32,000 nucleotides of DNA, taken from positions 270,001-302,000 of the forward strand of contig NC_014408.1 of the NCBI RefSeq assembly GCF_000145295.1, written 5' to 3'. Made by a program: the position numbers and the translations under genes. Below, piece by piece: positions 1 to 9,531 of this stretch; positions within the stretch are counted from its first letter, which is position 1, and every line of letters starts with the position of its first letter. The notes under the pieces were generated by a model, which had not been told where the DNA came from, ran no database searches, and saw only the letters and a list, made by a program, of their open reading frames with translations. This DNA comes from Methanothermobacter marburgensis str. Marburg. Lineage in GTDB: Archaea; Methanobacteriota; Methanobacteria; Methanobacteriales; Methanothermobacteraceae.

Positions 1-260
1 GAGGGATTTTAATTTTTCCAGGATAGGTCTTCTATTATCATCTGGCCGGGCGCCGGGAGGTTAATCTGGGTCCTTAGAGTAGGATATGGGCCCAGAATTT
101 TATTACAGAATCTCTGATGCTGAACAAAGTTTATTAAGTGGTTTGTTTAATATGATATAGAACACGGTAATAGTGTGGCCTATGGTTGAGGTTCAGCCTC
201 GGGTAGATAAGAGAAGCCTTCTTCTCTTTCATTAGGATACTCTGGTGCTGATGTGATAAA

Positions 261-1418
261 ATGATTTCTCCTAAAAAATATGCTAAAGCCGCAAAAGTGC
301 CGCCAAACGGCTTTAAAACTTCAAATGAGTTTTTTAACTACGTCTTCAAGGACAAAGAAATGATATGGATGGGTCAGAACACCAACCATCTTCATGATCA
401 CTCTGAAATAGCGGAAGCCATGATTGATTGCATAAATGAGGGTAGTTACTGTAAGTATCCTCCTCCTGAGGGATTCCCGGAACTCAAGGAACTTGTACTG
501 AAGGATCTGGGACTGGGGGATGGCTTTGAGGCCCTCATAACCGCCGGAGGTACAGAGTCCCTGTATCTCTGCATGAATGATATTCTCAACCCTGAGGACA
601 ATGCCATAACATGTGATCCAGGGTACCTGATAATTGACAACTTTGCAAGCAGATTCGCATGCAGTGTCACATCGGTCCCAATATACAGCAGTGAATGTGG
701 GTATAAACTGACACCTGACCTTGTGCTTGAGAATATGGACAGTAACACCCGCCTGATTTCACTCATTGACCCCCTGAATCCACTGGGGTCATCATATACA
801 CTGGATGAGATAAAGGCATTTGCAGACATTGCAGTGGACCATGATGTTTACCTTCTGCACGATATAACCTACAGGGACTTTGCACAGGAACACCACCTTG
901 CAGCTGATTACGCCCCCGACCATACAGTTACAGTGTACAGCTTTTCCAAGATATGCGGGATGGCAGGTCTCAGGATAGGTGCGATTGTTGCAACTGCAGA
1001 CATTGTTGAGTCAGTGAAGAGCATCGTCATAAATGACCTCGGTACAAATGTTGTATCCCAGGCAGGTGCAATTGCAGCCCTCAAATCAAAGGACAGGTGG
1101 GTTGACAGGATACGGGATGTGACCTTCAAAAACCAGAGGATCATCAGGGACGCTGTTGAAGAGGTTGAAGGGGCATTTCTCCCGGTTTACCCATCAAATG
1201 GAAACATGATGGCCATAGATATACATGAAACCGGTGTGAACCCCGTTGACCTTACAGACTACCTTCTTAAGAGGAAGATCTTTGTAAGGCAGGGTGCATA
1301 CACCAGCAAGATATTCGGGGACAGGTACATACGTCTCAGCTTCTCCATACCAACTGAGCAGGTCGAGATATTCGCTGAGAACTTTGTGGATGTGATGGAG
1401 TTCCTTAGGCCATCATAA
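261..1418 (+). CDS. Fold-type I (class I/II) PLP-dependent aminotransferase
   Basis: 385-aa ORF. It has the PLP-lysine context [15 protein letters not shown] (SxSK..G.R.G) and a DPLNPLGS (NP.G-type) motif. T-runs follow the stop. Confidence 0.85.
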   Translation: MISPKKYAKAAKVPPNGFKTSNEFFNYVFKDKEMIWMGQNTNHLHDHSEIAEAMIDCINEGSYCKYPPPEGFPELKELVLKDLGLGDGFEALITAGGTESLYLCMNDILNPEDNAITCDPGYLIIDNFASRFACSVTSVPIYSSECGYKLTPDLVLENMDSNTRLISLIDPLNPLGSSYTLDEIKAFADIAVDHDVYLLHDITYRDFAQEHHLAADYAPDHTVTVYSFSKICGMAGLRIGAIVATADIVESVKSIVINDLGTNVVSQAGAIAALKSKDRWVDRIRDVTFKNQRIIRDAVEEVEGAFLPVYPSNGNMMAIDIHETGVNPVDLTDYLLKRKIFVRQGAYTSKIFGDRYIRLSFSIPTEQVEIFAENFVDVMEFLRPS

Positions 1419-1425
1419 TTTCACA

Positions 1426-1440
1426 ATTTTTAGTTTTTTT
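1426..1440 (+). terminator. Oligo-T tract after the aminotransferase stop (archaeal-type terminator candidate)
   Basis: The sequence TTTTT-AG-TTTTTTT lies directly 3' of the stop codon at 1416-1418. Confidence 0.4.
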
Positions 1441-1673
1441 AATCTGAAAATGCTTTTTTGGGCTAATTTGCAGATAATCTAGATAATCTGCTAGTTGTAA
1501 TTTTTATTTTTTAGGATCTGTTTTTTGAGGCTTTTTTGCAGATAATTCGCTATTCTCTCCTTCAATTAACGCAGATTATGAGTGCATAAGTGGTTCCTTG
1601 GAAAAATAAAGGGGAGGTGTTCTGGTGGATATCTTAGGGAGTTTTTGAAAAGAAGGTTGTGTGTTCATTCATA

Positions 1674-3461
1674 TTATTCTGTTTTCAGGTAGTAGTATTC
1701 CCCCATCTCCTTCTGCTGCCTGTCAAGGAAACTTCCAGGCTTGTTAACACGCGGCCTTTTTGTTTCCTTATCCCTCCTGAAGGTTATCCCTGTTTCACTG
1801 AGGAATGTGTTCATAGCTTCCCTGAGTTCGGTGGGGCTTCCAGCGCGTCCCTCAACTCCAGGTTTACCACTGAAGACCATGGCTCTGTCGGATATGTAGT
1901 CAATGAAGATTATGTCATGGTCAATTATCATGGCAGACGCATTCCTGCTTTCAATTATCCTTCTTATGGCCTTGGCTGCAAGCAGACGCTGTTCAACGTC
2001 AAGGAATGCTGTTGGTTCGTCCAGAACATAAAGTTCCGCATCCCTGGAGAGAGCAACTGCAACTGCAAGGCGCTGCAGCTCACCGCCACTCAGCTCATTA
2101 ACTGCCTTGTCAAGTATCTCCTCAAGATTGAATGGCCTCATGATCTCGCTTTTGAACAGGTTCGATCCATATGAAGGGGCGTTTGCATACAGGAATTCCT
2201 CCACGGTACCGGCATAATCCGATGAAAGGTACTGGGGCTTGTAGGATATCTTTATCTTCCTTTTGACATTCCCTTCATCGGGCTTTTCAACACCTGCAAG
2301 GATCCTTGCAAAGGTTGTTTTACCTATACCGTTTGGTCCGAAGGCAGTAACAACCTCGTTGAGGTATACTGTGCCCTCCTCAACATTAAGGCTGAATGCT
2401 GCATGGGACTTTATCATCTTTGAGTACTCCACAAGGACCTCACCCTCTTCCTCGGCTCTTGGGGGTTTTACCTTGAATTCTATTTCATGATCGCGAAATC
2501 TCACGTTCTCCTCCCTGAGGAAACCCCTGATGTAGGTGTTGATCCCCACCCGGACACCGCGGCGGTTGGATACAACCCCGTATCCACCTGGCTTACCGTA
2601 GAGTATGTGGACGTAGTCTGACATTGCATCAAGGGCGGCCATGTCGTGTTCTATCACCATAACGGATTTTCCTGCCTCTGCAAGGGACCTTATGACCCTT
2701 ATTGCATTGAGCCTCTGCCTCACATCCAGCCATGAGGTTGGCTCATCAAAGTAATAGAAATCTGCTTCACGTAGAGCTGCAGCTGCGATTGCCACGCTCT
2801 GGAGTTCACCCCCGCTGAGGTTTGATATCTCACGACCCATTATCTCCCCAATCTCGAGGGTTTCAACTACTTCATCTGTTCTCTTTGAATCTATACTCAG
2901 AAGCAGATCCTCAACCTTTCCCTTAACGTATTTCGGGATCTTATCCACCATCTGGGGTTTGTGCACAACGGTTACCTTTCCTTCACTGAGGTTCTGGAAG
3001 TAATTCTGCAGCTGGGATCCCCTGAAATGGTTTATAACCTCATCCCAACCTGGTGGGTCCTGGAAGTTGCCGAGGTTTGGCCTGAGTTCCCCCGACAGTA
3101 TCCTTATGATTGTTGACTTCCCGATACCGTTTGGACCTATCAGCCCAATCACATCCCCCTCTGTCACGGTGGGGAGACCGAAGAGTTCAAACATGTTCTG
3201 ACCGTACCTGTGAACCGGGTCTTCAAGGGCCTCGGGAAGATTTATAACACTTATGGCCTTGAATGGACACCTTTTTGTGCATATACCACAACCGGAACAC
3301 AGTTCCTCGGATATGAGGGGCTTCTTTGTTTTCTCATCAATTGTTATGGTGTCCTCATCCATTCTAACTCCAGGACAGTACTCTATGCAGACGTAGTTGC
3401 ATTTCTTTGGCTGGCATCTATCATGATCGAGTATTGAGATTCTGGTCAATTCTATCACCAT
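1674..3461 (-). CDS. ABCE1 / RNase L inhibitor homologue (ribosome-recycling ATPase) with an N-terminal 2x[4Fe-4S] domain and two ABC domains
   Basis: 595 aa. The N-terminus carries [15 protein letters not shown] and [12 protein letters not shown] cluster motifs. There are two Walker A sites ([18 protein letters not shown]) and two LSGGELQ signatures. Confidence 0.95.
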   Translation of the reverse strand: MVIELTRISILDHDRCQPKKCNYVCIEYCPGVRMDEDTITIDEKTKKPLISEELCSGCGICTKRCPFKAISVINLPEALEDPVHRYGQNMFELFGLPTVTEGDVIGLIGPNGIGKSTIIRILSGELRPNLGNFQDPPGWDEVINHFRGSQLQNYFQNLSEGKVTVVHKPQMVDKIPKYVKGKVEDLLLSIDSKRTDEVVETLEIGEIMGREISNLSGGELQSVAIAAAALREADFYYFDEPTSWLDVRQRLNAIRVIRSLAEAGKSVMVIEHDMAALDAMSDYVHILYGKPGGYGVVSNRRGVRVGINTYIRGFLREENVRFRDHEIEFKVKPPRAEEEGEVLVEYSKMIKSHAAFSLNVEEGTVYLNEVVTAFGPNGIGKTTFARILAGVEKPDEGNVKRKIKISYKPQYLSSDYAGTVEEFLYANAPSYGSNLFKSEIMRPFNLEEILDKAVNELSGGELQRLAVAVALSRDAELYVLDEPTAFLDVEQRLLAAKAIRRIIESRNASAMIIDHDIIFIDYISDRAMVFSGKPGVEGRAGSPTELREAMNTFLSETGITFRRDKETKRPRVNKPGSFLDRQQKEMGEYYYLKTE

Positions 3462-3589
3462 TAGTATGAGGATGAAAATTCAGTTTCGGTTGATTATGGT
3501 ATGTGGGGTGGTAAATAAATTCATTCTCAGAAATTCAGGCCCCCTTTGAATTATTGTTGCCGGGGGAATAAATAGTCAACAGTCCCGAA

Positions 3590-3679
3590 GGATACTGAAG
3601 TATGACACTTAAAATTCAGTCATTTCCAAACCCACCGGCCATTGACCTGACGGGGATACAGAAGTATGAAACTTAAAAT
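3590..3679. repeat. Pair of 26-bp direct repeats (GGATAC[T/A]GAAGTATGA[C/A]ACTTAAAAT) with a 64-bp period
   Basis: Copies at 3590-3615 and 3654-3679 differ at 2 of 26 positions. They lie in the spacer between the histone stop and the ABCE1 start. Confidence 0.8.
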
Positions 3680-3697
3680 AAAAATAGAAATGGCCAT

Positions 3698-3904
3698 TTA
3701 TAGCTTTTTAACGGCCAGTTCTATGTCTGATGCTTTAACAGTTTTTCTGCCGGCGTGTTTTGCTAGTTTAACAGCTTCTGCTGCTATTTCTTCGCCTTTG
3801 TCTTCCAGAATTTTTGCAAGTGTTTCCCTTGCGTCGTCGCTTATTCTCTGGGCACCGGCATTTTTTATTATTCTCCCAACTGGTGCTATGGGTAATTCGG
3901 CCAT
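3698..3904 (-). CDS. Archaeal histone (HMf/HMt family)
   Basis: 68 aa, [25 protein letters not shown]...[19 protein letters not shown], a typical histone-fold sequence of methanogen histones. SD GAGGTGAT sits 3 nt before the ATG. An A/T-rich TATA-like block lies at about 3937-3950. Confidence 0.95.
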   Translation of the reverse strand: MAELPIAPVGRIIKNAGAQRISDDARETLAKILEDKGEEIAAEAVKLAKHAGRKTVKASDIELAVKKL

Positions 3905-4156
3905 AATATCACCTCAATTCTATATTTAACCAAATACTATTTAAATTTATCGATTTTTCGGCACTCTTTTCCATCCATATCATGATTCTATACTTCCCCG
4001 CCTTGCAGATTGTCACTGTAACACTGGCACCAACCTTCTGGTTTGGAGGGGCACCTCTGGTTGAGGTGTGCATGAGATGAGCACTGATGACTTTTCATTT
4101 TTTCGCGCTGGAAACAGTTATTAGTATCAACCAATATAGACCCGGATGGTGGGAAA

Positions 4157-4495
4157 ATGAAACAGGTCATAATAGTGAGGTCTGATCTGAAGATGGGAAA
4201 GGGTAAAATAGCAGCCCAGGCCTGTCATGCTTCTATTGGTTCATTCAAAAAAACAGATCCTGATAAAATCAGAAGATGGGAAATTGATGGTTCAAAGAAG
4301 GTTATAGTTTCAGTTAAGAGCCTTGATGAGCTCCTGGAGATATACGAATCTGTGAAGGATTCGGGGATCTCATACTATCTTGTGAGGGACGCCGGCCATA
4401 CCCAGATACCTGCAGGCACCATCACATGTCTGGGCATAGGGCCCGATGAGGATGAGAAGATAGATAAAATAACAGGCGACCTCAAACTTCTCTGA
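4157..4495 (+). CDS. pth2: Peptidyl-tRNA hydrolase, archaeal type (Pth2)
   Basis: 112 aa. The N-terminal [25 protein letters not shown] is characteristic of the Pth2 family. Confidence 0.9.
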   Translation: MKQVIIVRSDLKMGKGKIAAQACHASIGSFKKTDPDKIRRWEIDGSKKVIVSVKSLDELLEIYESVKDSGISYYLVRDAGHTQIPAGTITCLGIGPDEDEKIDKITGDLKLL

Positions 4496-4515
4496 GGCTG
4501 GAATATGGTGATATT

Positions 4516-5166
4516 ATGGACTGGCTTGTTAAGATAGGGGGTAGCCTATTCCCTGAAAATGCTGCAGAACTTCTTAAAAGCCTTGAAGGAACAGGGGTTG
4601 CTGTTGTTTGTGGTGGTGGGGATTTTGCAGATAGAGTGAGGTACTACGACAGGATTTCGGGATTTTCTGAAAGCGCGGCCCATGATTCGGCCATACTCTG
4701 CATGGATATTACTGGAAGACTGCTTTCTGACCTTTGTGAATCTGCTGTTCCAGTGAGGACACTTGGGGAGTGCAGGGAGGTAGTCGGGAGTGGTCTGACA
4801 CCTGTGATACTGCCATCTGAACTCCTGCGTTTTACTGATCCCGTGGAACACTCATGGAGGGTGACCTCGGATTCCCTCTCACTCATAATAGCACACATGC
4901 TCGGGGCGAAACTTTTAATAGCAACAGATGTAGATGGTATATATACTGAGAGGCCACCTGCCAGTGATGCTAAACTTATAAATGAGATAAGTGCTAAAAA
5001 CTTACTATCTTTTGGTGAGACATCAGTGGACGAAGCACTACCTGAACTTCTCATTAAACTGAAAACTGATTGTTATGTTGCAAACGGGAAGTTTCCCGAG
5101 AGGGTGCTGTCCATTTTAAGGGCAGGTGCTTCAGAAGTTATATGTACAGTTATAAGAGGTGATTAG
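4516..5166 (+). CDS. Amino-acid-kinase (AAK) fold small-molecule kinase, possibly MfnE-like (methanofuran pathway); specific substrate not resolvable
   Basis: 216 aa with the VKIGGSL and VVCGGGDFA motifs of the aspartate/glutamate/uridylate kinase superfamily. It is shorter than UMP kinase. The MfnE suggestion comes from memory of the family only. Confidence 0.6.
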   Translation: MDWLVKIGGSLFPENAAELLKSLEGTGVAVVCGGGDFADRVRYYDRISGFSESAAHDSAILCMDITGRLLSDLCESAVPVRTLGECREVVGSGLTPVILPSELLRFTDPVEHSWRVTSDSLSLIIAHMLGAKLLIATDVDGIYTERPPASDAKLINEISAKNLLSFGETSVDEALPELLIKLKTDCYVANGKFPERVLSILRAGASEVICTVIRGD

Positions 5167-5328
5167 ATGACAAAGATGGAATGCACATCCTGTAAGCAGG
5201 AGATACCTCTGGTTGAAACCTATGTGAAATTTGAATGCCCCATGTGTGGCGAGATGATCTACAGGTGCCAGAAGTGCAGGACCTTCGGACACACCTACAG
5301 GTGCAGCTGTGGATTCGAGGGACCATAG
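5167..5328 (+). CDS. Small Zn-ribbon protein (COG2888-like, translation-associated), absent from the supplied ORF track
   Basis: 53-aa [56 protein letters not shown]. Eight Cys are arranged as three CxxC pairs and one CxC. The ATG directly abuts the upstream TAG stop and is preceded by SD AGAGGTGAT. It lies immediately upstream of aEF-1beta, a conserved archaeal pairing as I recall it. Confidence 0.8.
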   Translation: MTKMECTSCKQEIPLVETYVKFECPMCGEMIYRCQKCRTFGHTYRCSCGFEGP

Positions 5329-5377
5329 GAAAAATATATAAATTAGTATTACTCAAGATTCTGTGTGGAGGTATTTC

Positions 5378-5647
5378 ATGGGAGATGTAGTAGCTACCAT
5401 AAGGGTTATGCCTGAAAGTCCAGAGGTTGACCTTGAGGCACTCAAGAAGGAAATTGAATCAAGGATACCCGAGGGTACTGAGCTTCACAAAATAGAGGAG
5501 GAGCCAATAGCATTTGGCCTCGTTGCACTAAATGTGATGGTTGTTGTGGGCGATGCCGAGGGCGGAACCGAAGCCGCTGAGGAGAGCCTCGCGGGTATTG
5601 ATGGTGTCAGCAACATAGAGGTAACCGATGTGAGAAGGTTAATGTAG
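5378..5647 (+). CDS. ef1b: Translation elongation factor aEF-1 beta
   Basis: MGDVVATIRVMPESPEVDLEALKKEI...IAFGLVALNVMVVVGD...VTDVRRL matches the aEF-1beta pattern. I prefer the second in-frame ATG (89 aa) because SD GGAGGT lies just upstream. The track ORF starts at 5363. Confidence 0.9.
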   Translation: MGDVVATIRVMPESPEVDLEALKKEIESRIPEGTELHKIEEEPIAFGLVALNVMVVVGDAEGGTEAAEESLAGIDGVSNIEVTDVRRLM

Positions 5648-5660
5648 CTCCCCTTTCCGG

Positions 5661-6905
5661 GTGATTGGGATAACAGATATCCTTTTTGCCTGCTTTCTTG
5701 GGATCATCACTGGCATATTAACGGGCCTGATTCCAGGTATCCATGTTAATACTGTGGGAGCATTCATTTTCGCATCGTCAACCCACCTTCATGTATCTGA
5801 GGAATTCCTCGCTGTTTTTTTATTATCACTTTCAGTGGCACACGCCCTTCTTGAGTTCATACCCTCAGCGCTTCTTGGGGTGCCCGATGAGGGAACAGCC
5901 ATCTCTGTCCTCCCCTCTCACCGGATGGTGCTGGAAGGTAAGGCCGGGGAGGCCATAAGGGCGGCCACGGTTGGTGGTGTTGGAGGGATCCTCATCACAA
6001 TAATTCTCCTACCATCGCTCTTTCTGATTTTACCACCACTGTACAATTTTCTCAGACCCCATATATGGTTGATTCTGATTCTGGTATCTTTTTACATGAT
6101 AATAAAACTCAGCAGAAATTTTGAGGCCGTTATCTGGGCTTCGGTGCTTTTTCTCTTCTCAGGTGCGATGGGGTGGCTCATGTTTCAGACGCCCATATCA
6201 CCGGGTCTTGGGCTCATGACACTTTTTACAGGGTTTTTTGGACTCAGCACCCTCCTTTACAGTTTAAATTCAGCATCAGATATTCCTGAACAGAGCAGGG
6301 TTCAGTTCACAGAGTTCAACATGAACACCCTGAGGTCGGTATCTGCAGGTGGCCTGGCATCTGTTTTACTGGGGTTTCTCCCGGGATTTGGACCGGCCCA
6401 GGGCGGGATGATAGCAGCCTCACTCACAGGTTCAGGTGGTGAGGATGCACCTGAGGATTTCATCATGGCAATTTCAGGTCTGAACACATCAGACGCACTC
6501 TTCTCGCTCCTCACACTCTATCTCATAGGAAACCCCAGAAGCGGCATTGCGGTCTACATTTCAGAGATTGTTCAGGATGTCAGCATGGCCCATCTCATGC
6601 TCTTCATATCAGCGTCTATCCTTGCTGTCTCTGCAGCTGCAGTAGCCTCCATAAAACTGGGCGATCATCTTGCATCCAGCCTCTCAGGTATCAACTATAG
6701 AAGGGTATCGGCCTGCGTAATGCTCTTTATGATGGCATCCATCTTCTTTTTCGCCATCATGGAGGGTGCAAGCCTGCTGTTCATTGCAGTGGCGCTCCTG
6801 ACATCCACTGCCTTTGGGATCATCCCCCACTGTGCAGGTATAAGCAAGTCACATCTCATGGGGGTCCTTGTGCTTCCTGCGGTGGTTATTTACATGGGAA
6901 TTTAA
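5661..6905 (+). CDS. Polytopic membrane protein, TctA/DUF112-like (family assignment tentative)
   Basis: 414 aa with about 10 hydrophobic segments and a GTG start. Gly-rich LIPGIH and LPGFGPAQGG motifs are reminiscent of the TctA family. Confidence 0.5.
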   Translation: MIGITDILFACFLGIITGILTGLIPGIHVNTVGAFIFASSTHLHVSEEFLAVFLLSLSVAHALLEFIPSALLGVPDEGTAISVLPSHRMVLEGKAGEAIRAATVGGVGGILITIILLPSLFLILPPLYNFLRPHIWLILILVSFYMIIKLSRNFEAVIWASVLFLFSGAMGWLMFQTPISPGLGLMTLFTGFFGLSTLLYSLNSASDIPEQSRVQFTEFNMNTLRSVSAGGLASVLLGFLPGFGPAQGGMIAASLTGSGGEDAPEDFIMAISGLNTSDALFSLLTLYLIGNPRSGIAVYISEIVQDVSMAHLMLFISASILAVSAAAVASIKLGDHLASSLSGINYRRVSACVMLFMMASIFFFAIMEGASLLFIAVALLTSTAFGIIPHCAGISKSHLMGVLVLPAVVIYMGI

Positions 6906-6980
6906 GTTTCAATCATCTGAGAATATCAGTTAAAAATGGGCCTAAAAACAACCAGATTCTGGAGGTTCCATGTCTGGGGG

Positions 6981-7907
6981 TCACTGAATCAGCAGGATCC
7001 TTTCTGCCAGTTTTCCTGCAGCATCAAGGAACTCTTTTACTTCCACACCTGGGAATGGATCCACAATACATAGCTCAAATTTCTCATCTAGGATTTCAGG
7101 CAGTTCTCTGATGTCCTCAGAGTATATTCTGAACCTTTCCTTCCTGAAGCCATTGATCTGAAGGTTAAGGCGCGTCATCTCACATGCATCCCTCCAGATG
7201 TCATTGAAGACAACCCTATCTGCACCTGCCATCAGCGCAAATATTCCCAGGGTACCCGGGCCGCAGGTGGCGTCAAGAACAGTCTCTGGACGAATTGATA
7301 GGATTTCCCTGGCAGCTGCTTCTATTTTTTTGTTTTTACCCCCTGAAAATTCTATGTGAAGCCTGCTCTGCCTCCGGTATATGGACATTGAACCTGCAGG
7401 AGTCTCTATGATGTCACACCTCATATCACAGCCTTCAAGAAGATCATAAACATGGGGGGTCATTGATGAATCCATAACCCCTGGTGTCACTGAGGGATCG
7501 CCCCTTATGACACCCTTAACCTCAGGCACATCAGTTATTATCATCTCCGCAGTTTTCCCAGTGATGGCAGGTGTTAGAAGAACAAGCGAATCCTCTGCCA
7601 GGAAGGGGGCCGATTTGAGGGGAAATGCAGGAGTTATGAGCGGAACACCGGCGTCCCTCAACCTGGCATTTTTTGGAATGACCCCATTCTCTATAAGGAT
7701 CATGGATACCTGTGCCATTACAGAATCAAGGTGCCTCCTGCCACATTCACATTCTTCAAGTGCCGATTCAGTCACCTGTTCCATTATGGGCCTGAACTTC
7801 CTGAAGCCGGGGTTTATACAGCCCTCACAGGGATCGTAATAACCCCACAGTTCATGCTTGTTATGTGCACAAAGAACCTCCCCACAGACGGGACACCTTG
7901 CTGACAT
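6981..7907 (-). CDS. Class I SAM-dependent methyltransferase with an N-terminal Zn-ribbon (Trm1/RsmD-like DPFxG motif; probably an RNA methyltransferase)
   Basis: Motif I is VLDATCGPGTLGIFALMAG, followed by VVFNDI, and motif IV-like is CIVDPFPG. The N-terminus has CPVCGE...C..NKH...CEGC. The start is placed at the ATG at 7907 (MSARCPVCG) because the longer track ORF (to 8021) would run through the divergent promoter and the neighbouring gene. Confidence 0.7.
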   Translation of the reverse strand: MSARCPVCGEVLCAHNKHELWGYYDPCEGCINPGFRKFRPIMEQVTESALEECECGRRHLDSVMAQVSMILIENGVIPKNARLRDAGVPLITPAFPLKSAPFLAEDSLVLLTPAITGKTAEMIITDVPEVKGVIRGDPSVTPGVMDSSMTPHVYDLLEGCDMRCDIIETPAGSMSIYRRQSRLHIEFSGGKNKKIEAAAREILSIRPETVLDATCGPGTLGIFALMAGADRVVFNDIWRDACEMTRLNLQINGFRKERFRIYSEDIRELPEILDEKFELCIVDPFPGVEVKEFLDAAGKLAERILLIQ

Positions 7908-7911
7908 ACAC

Positions 7912-7938
7912 TTAAATATTATCCTCCACATATTAAAA
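7912..7938. promoter_or_regulatory. Compact bidirectional promoter with two opposed TATA boxes
   Basis: TTAAATATT (7912-7920, + strand) is centred about 24 nt before the ATG at 7940. TTTTAATAT (the complement of 7930-7938) is centred about 27 nt before the minus-strand ATG at 7907. Only 32 bp separate the two start codons. Confidence 0.5.
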
Positions 7939-7939
7939 G

Positions 7940-9520
7940 ATGAGTAACATGAGGGACAAGAGGAAGGAGATTCTGAGGGAAATTCTCGGAGAATTCGCAG
8001 CGGATGAGGAAGCGACTCCAAGGGAAGAAAAAAGGGAAAGGCCTGCGGAATCGGAATTCAAGGTTGAAAAGGTGCTTGAAAAGCCATCACCGAAGCCCGC
8101 CCCCCGCGGTCCCGATATAAAGGATGTTGAAATCATCGAGGGCGACCTCATACCCAAATACAAGGTGTCCCTTCCAAAGTTCTCTGAGAAGGAAAGGGAA
8201 CTCCTAAACGAGATCCGTGAAAAACTTGTTGAGGTTGCAGTATCCAAGGGTGAGGATTTCAGGATAGACGAATCCACCTTCATGTCGGAGGTTAAGGAAT
8301 TTCTCAAGATGAAGGGGGTTCGCAATGTCGATAAACTCGCCAAGCAGATCTCCCAGGAGATGCTGGGATACGGGGAACTTGACCCACTCATCAAGGATGA
8401 TGACCTCGAGGAGATAATGGTAATCGGTGTCAACAAACCCGTCTTTGTCTACCACAGGAAGATGGGTATGATGATAACCAACGTGGTCTTCAAGGACGAT
8501 GACGATATAAAGGCCATCATTGACCTCATTGCAAGGCAGGTGAACAGGCGTATAGACCAGCAGACACCCATACTGGATGCAAGGCTGCCTGACGGCTCAA
8601 GGATCAATGCAACAATACCACCTGTATCTCCGGACGGGTCGACACTCACCATACGAAAATTCAGGAAGGATCCCTTCACTGTAGTGGATCTCATCAACTT
8701 CAAGACCATGTCCTCCCATCTTGCGGCTTTCCTCTGGGTCTGCACTGATGGGCTCGGGGTGAAGCCATGCAACGCCATAGTTGCAGGGGGTACTGGTTCA
8801 GGTAAAACAACAACCCTCAACACAATATCGGCCTTTGTACCCCCAACCGAGCGTATCATAACAATTGAGGATACACTGGAACTTCAGCTGCCCCACACCC
8901 ACGTCCTGAGGATGGAGACAAGGCCACCAAACATAGAGGGTAAGGGGGAACTGGACATGGACACCCTGGTTAAGAACTCCCTCCGTCAGAGACCCGACAG
9001 GGTGATCGTCGGGGAGGTCAGGGGTGGAGAGGCAATAACACTCTTCACAGCCCTCAACACAGGGCACAGTGGTTTTGGAACGCTTCACGCAAACACCGCC
9101 AGGGAAACAATAACCCGTCTCATAAACCCTCCCATGAACGTGCCAAGGATAATGATACCCGCCCTTGACTTTATAATAATGCAGAACAGGATGTACCGCC
9201 CCGAAGGGGGTTCCATAAGGAGGATAACAGAGGTTGCCGAGGTTGTGGGTATGGAGGAGGGCAATGTTCAGCTCAACAGGGTCTTTGAATGGAACAGCGT
9301 AACAGATAAGGTGGAATACGTTGGAATAGCCAGCCAGACCCTCAGGGAGATAGCTGAACTCAGGGCCATAAGCATAAATGAGATAGAGGAGGAAATCGAA
9401 AGGAGAAGACTCGTCCTTGAATACCTGGCCGATGAGAACGTAAGGTCCATAGATGAGGTTGGACACTACATAAATGAGTACTACAGGGACCCGGACGGTG
9501 TTCTTGACAGCATACTCTGA
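7940..9520 (+). CDS. Type II/IV secretion-family ATPase (archaeal type IV pilus/archaellum FlaI/PilB/VirB11-like)
   Basis: 526 aa with Walker [13 protein letters not shown], Asp/Walker [12 protein letters not shown] and His box [14 protein letters not shown] charged N-terminal extension of roughly 60 aa is present. Confidence 0.9.
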   Translation: MSNMRDKRKEILREILGEFAADEEATPREEKRERPAESEFKVEKVLEKPSPKPAPRGPDIKDVEIIEGDLIPKYKVSLPKFSEKERELLNEIREKLVEVAVSKGEDFRIDESTFMSEVKEFLKMKGVRNVDKLAKQISQEMLGYGELDPLIKDDDLEEIMVIGVNKPVFVYHRKMGMMITNVVFKDDDDIKAIIDLIARQVNRRIDQQTPILDARLPDGSRINATIPPVSPDGSTLTIRKFRKDPFTVVDLINFKTMSSHLAAFLWVCTDGLGVKPCNAIVAGGTGSGKTTTLNTISAFVPPTERIITIEDTLELQLPHTHVLRMETRPPNIEGKGELDMDTLVKNSLRQRPDRVIVGEVRGGEAITLFTALNTGHSGFGTLHANTARETITRLINPPMNVPRIMIPALDFIIMQNRMYRPEGGSIRRITEVAEVVGMEEGNVQLNRVFEWNSVTDKVEYVGIASQTLREIAELRAISINEIEEEIERRRLVLEYLADENVRSIDEVGHYINEYYRDPDGVLDSIL

Positions 9521-9531
9521 GGACAGATACA

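Noticed and set aside
1-260. The leading 260 bp, examined for a gene end, an RNA gene or a terminator. Examples are the small hairpin GAGAAG-CCTT-CTTCTC at 211-226 and the GC-rich CCGGGCGCCGGG at about 46-57.
   Set aside because: I found no convincing ORF, tRNA-like cloverleaf or strong structure. The hairpins are short (4-6 bp) and could arise by chance. The only plausible content is an undefined promoter region for the aminotransferase.
1659-2174. A 171-aa + strand ORF, plus the other ORFs at 2263-2490 and 3210-3437, all antisense to ABCE1.
   Set aside because: They lie entirely inside a gene with unmistakable ABC/Fe-S motifs on the other strand. They have low-complexity or odd composition and no SD. 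They are typical shadow ORFs.
3988-4170. A 60-aa Cys/His-containing minus-strand ORF in the histone/pth2 spacer.
   Set aside because: Its start codon lies inside the pth2 coding sequence. It has no SD or promoter, and the Cys spacing does not form recognisable CxxC pairs. The region is instead flagged as a possible ncRNA locus.
7908-8021. The 38-codon N-terminal extension of the methyltransferase ORF (track ORF 6981-8021).
   Set aside because: The extension would cross both TATA boxes and overlap the divergent ATPase gene by 82 nt. The Zn-ribbon begins right at the internal Met (MSARCPVCG).
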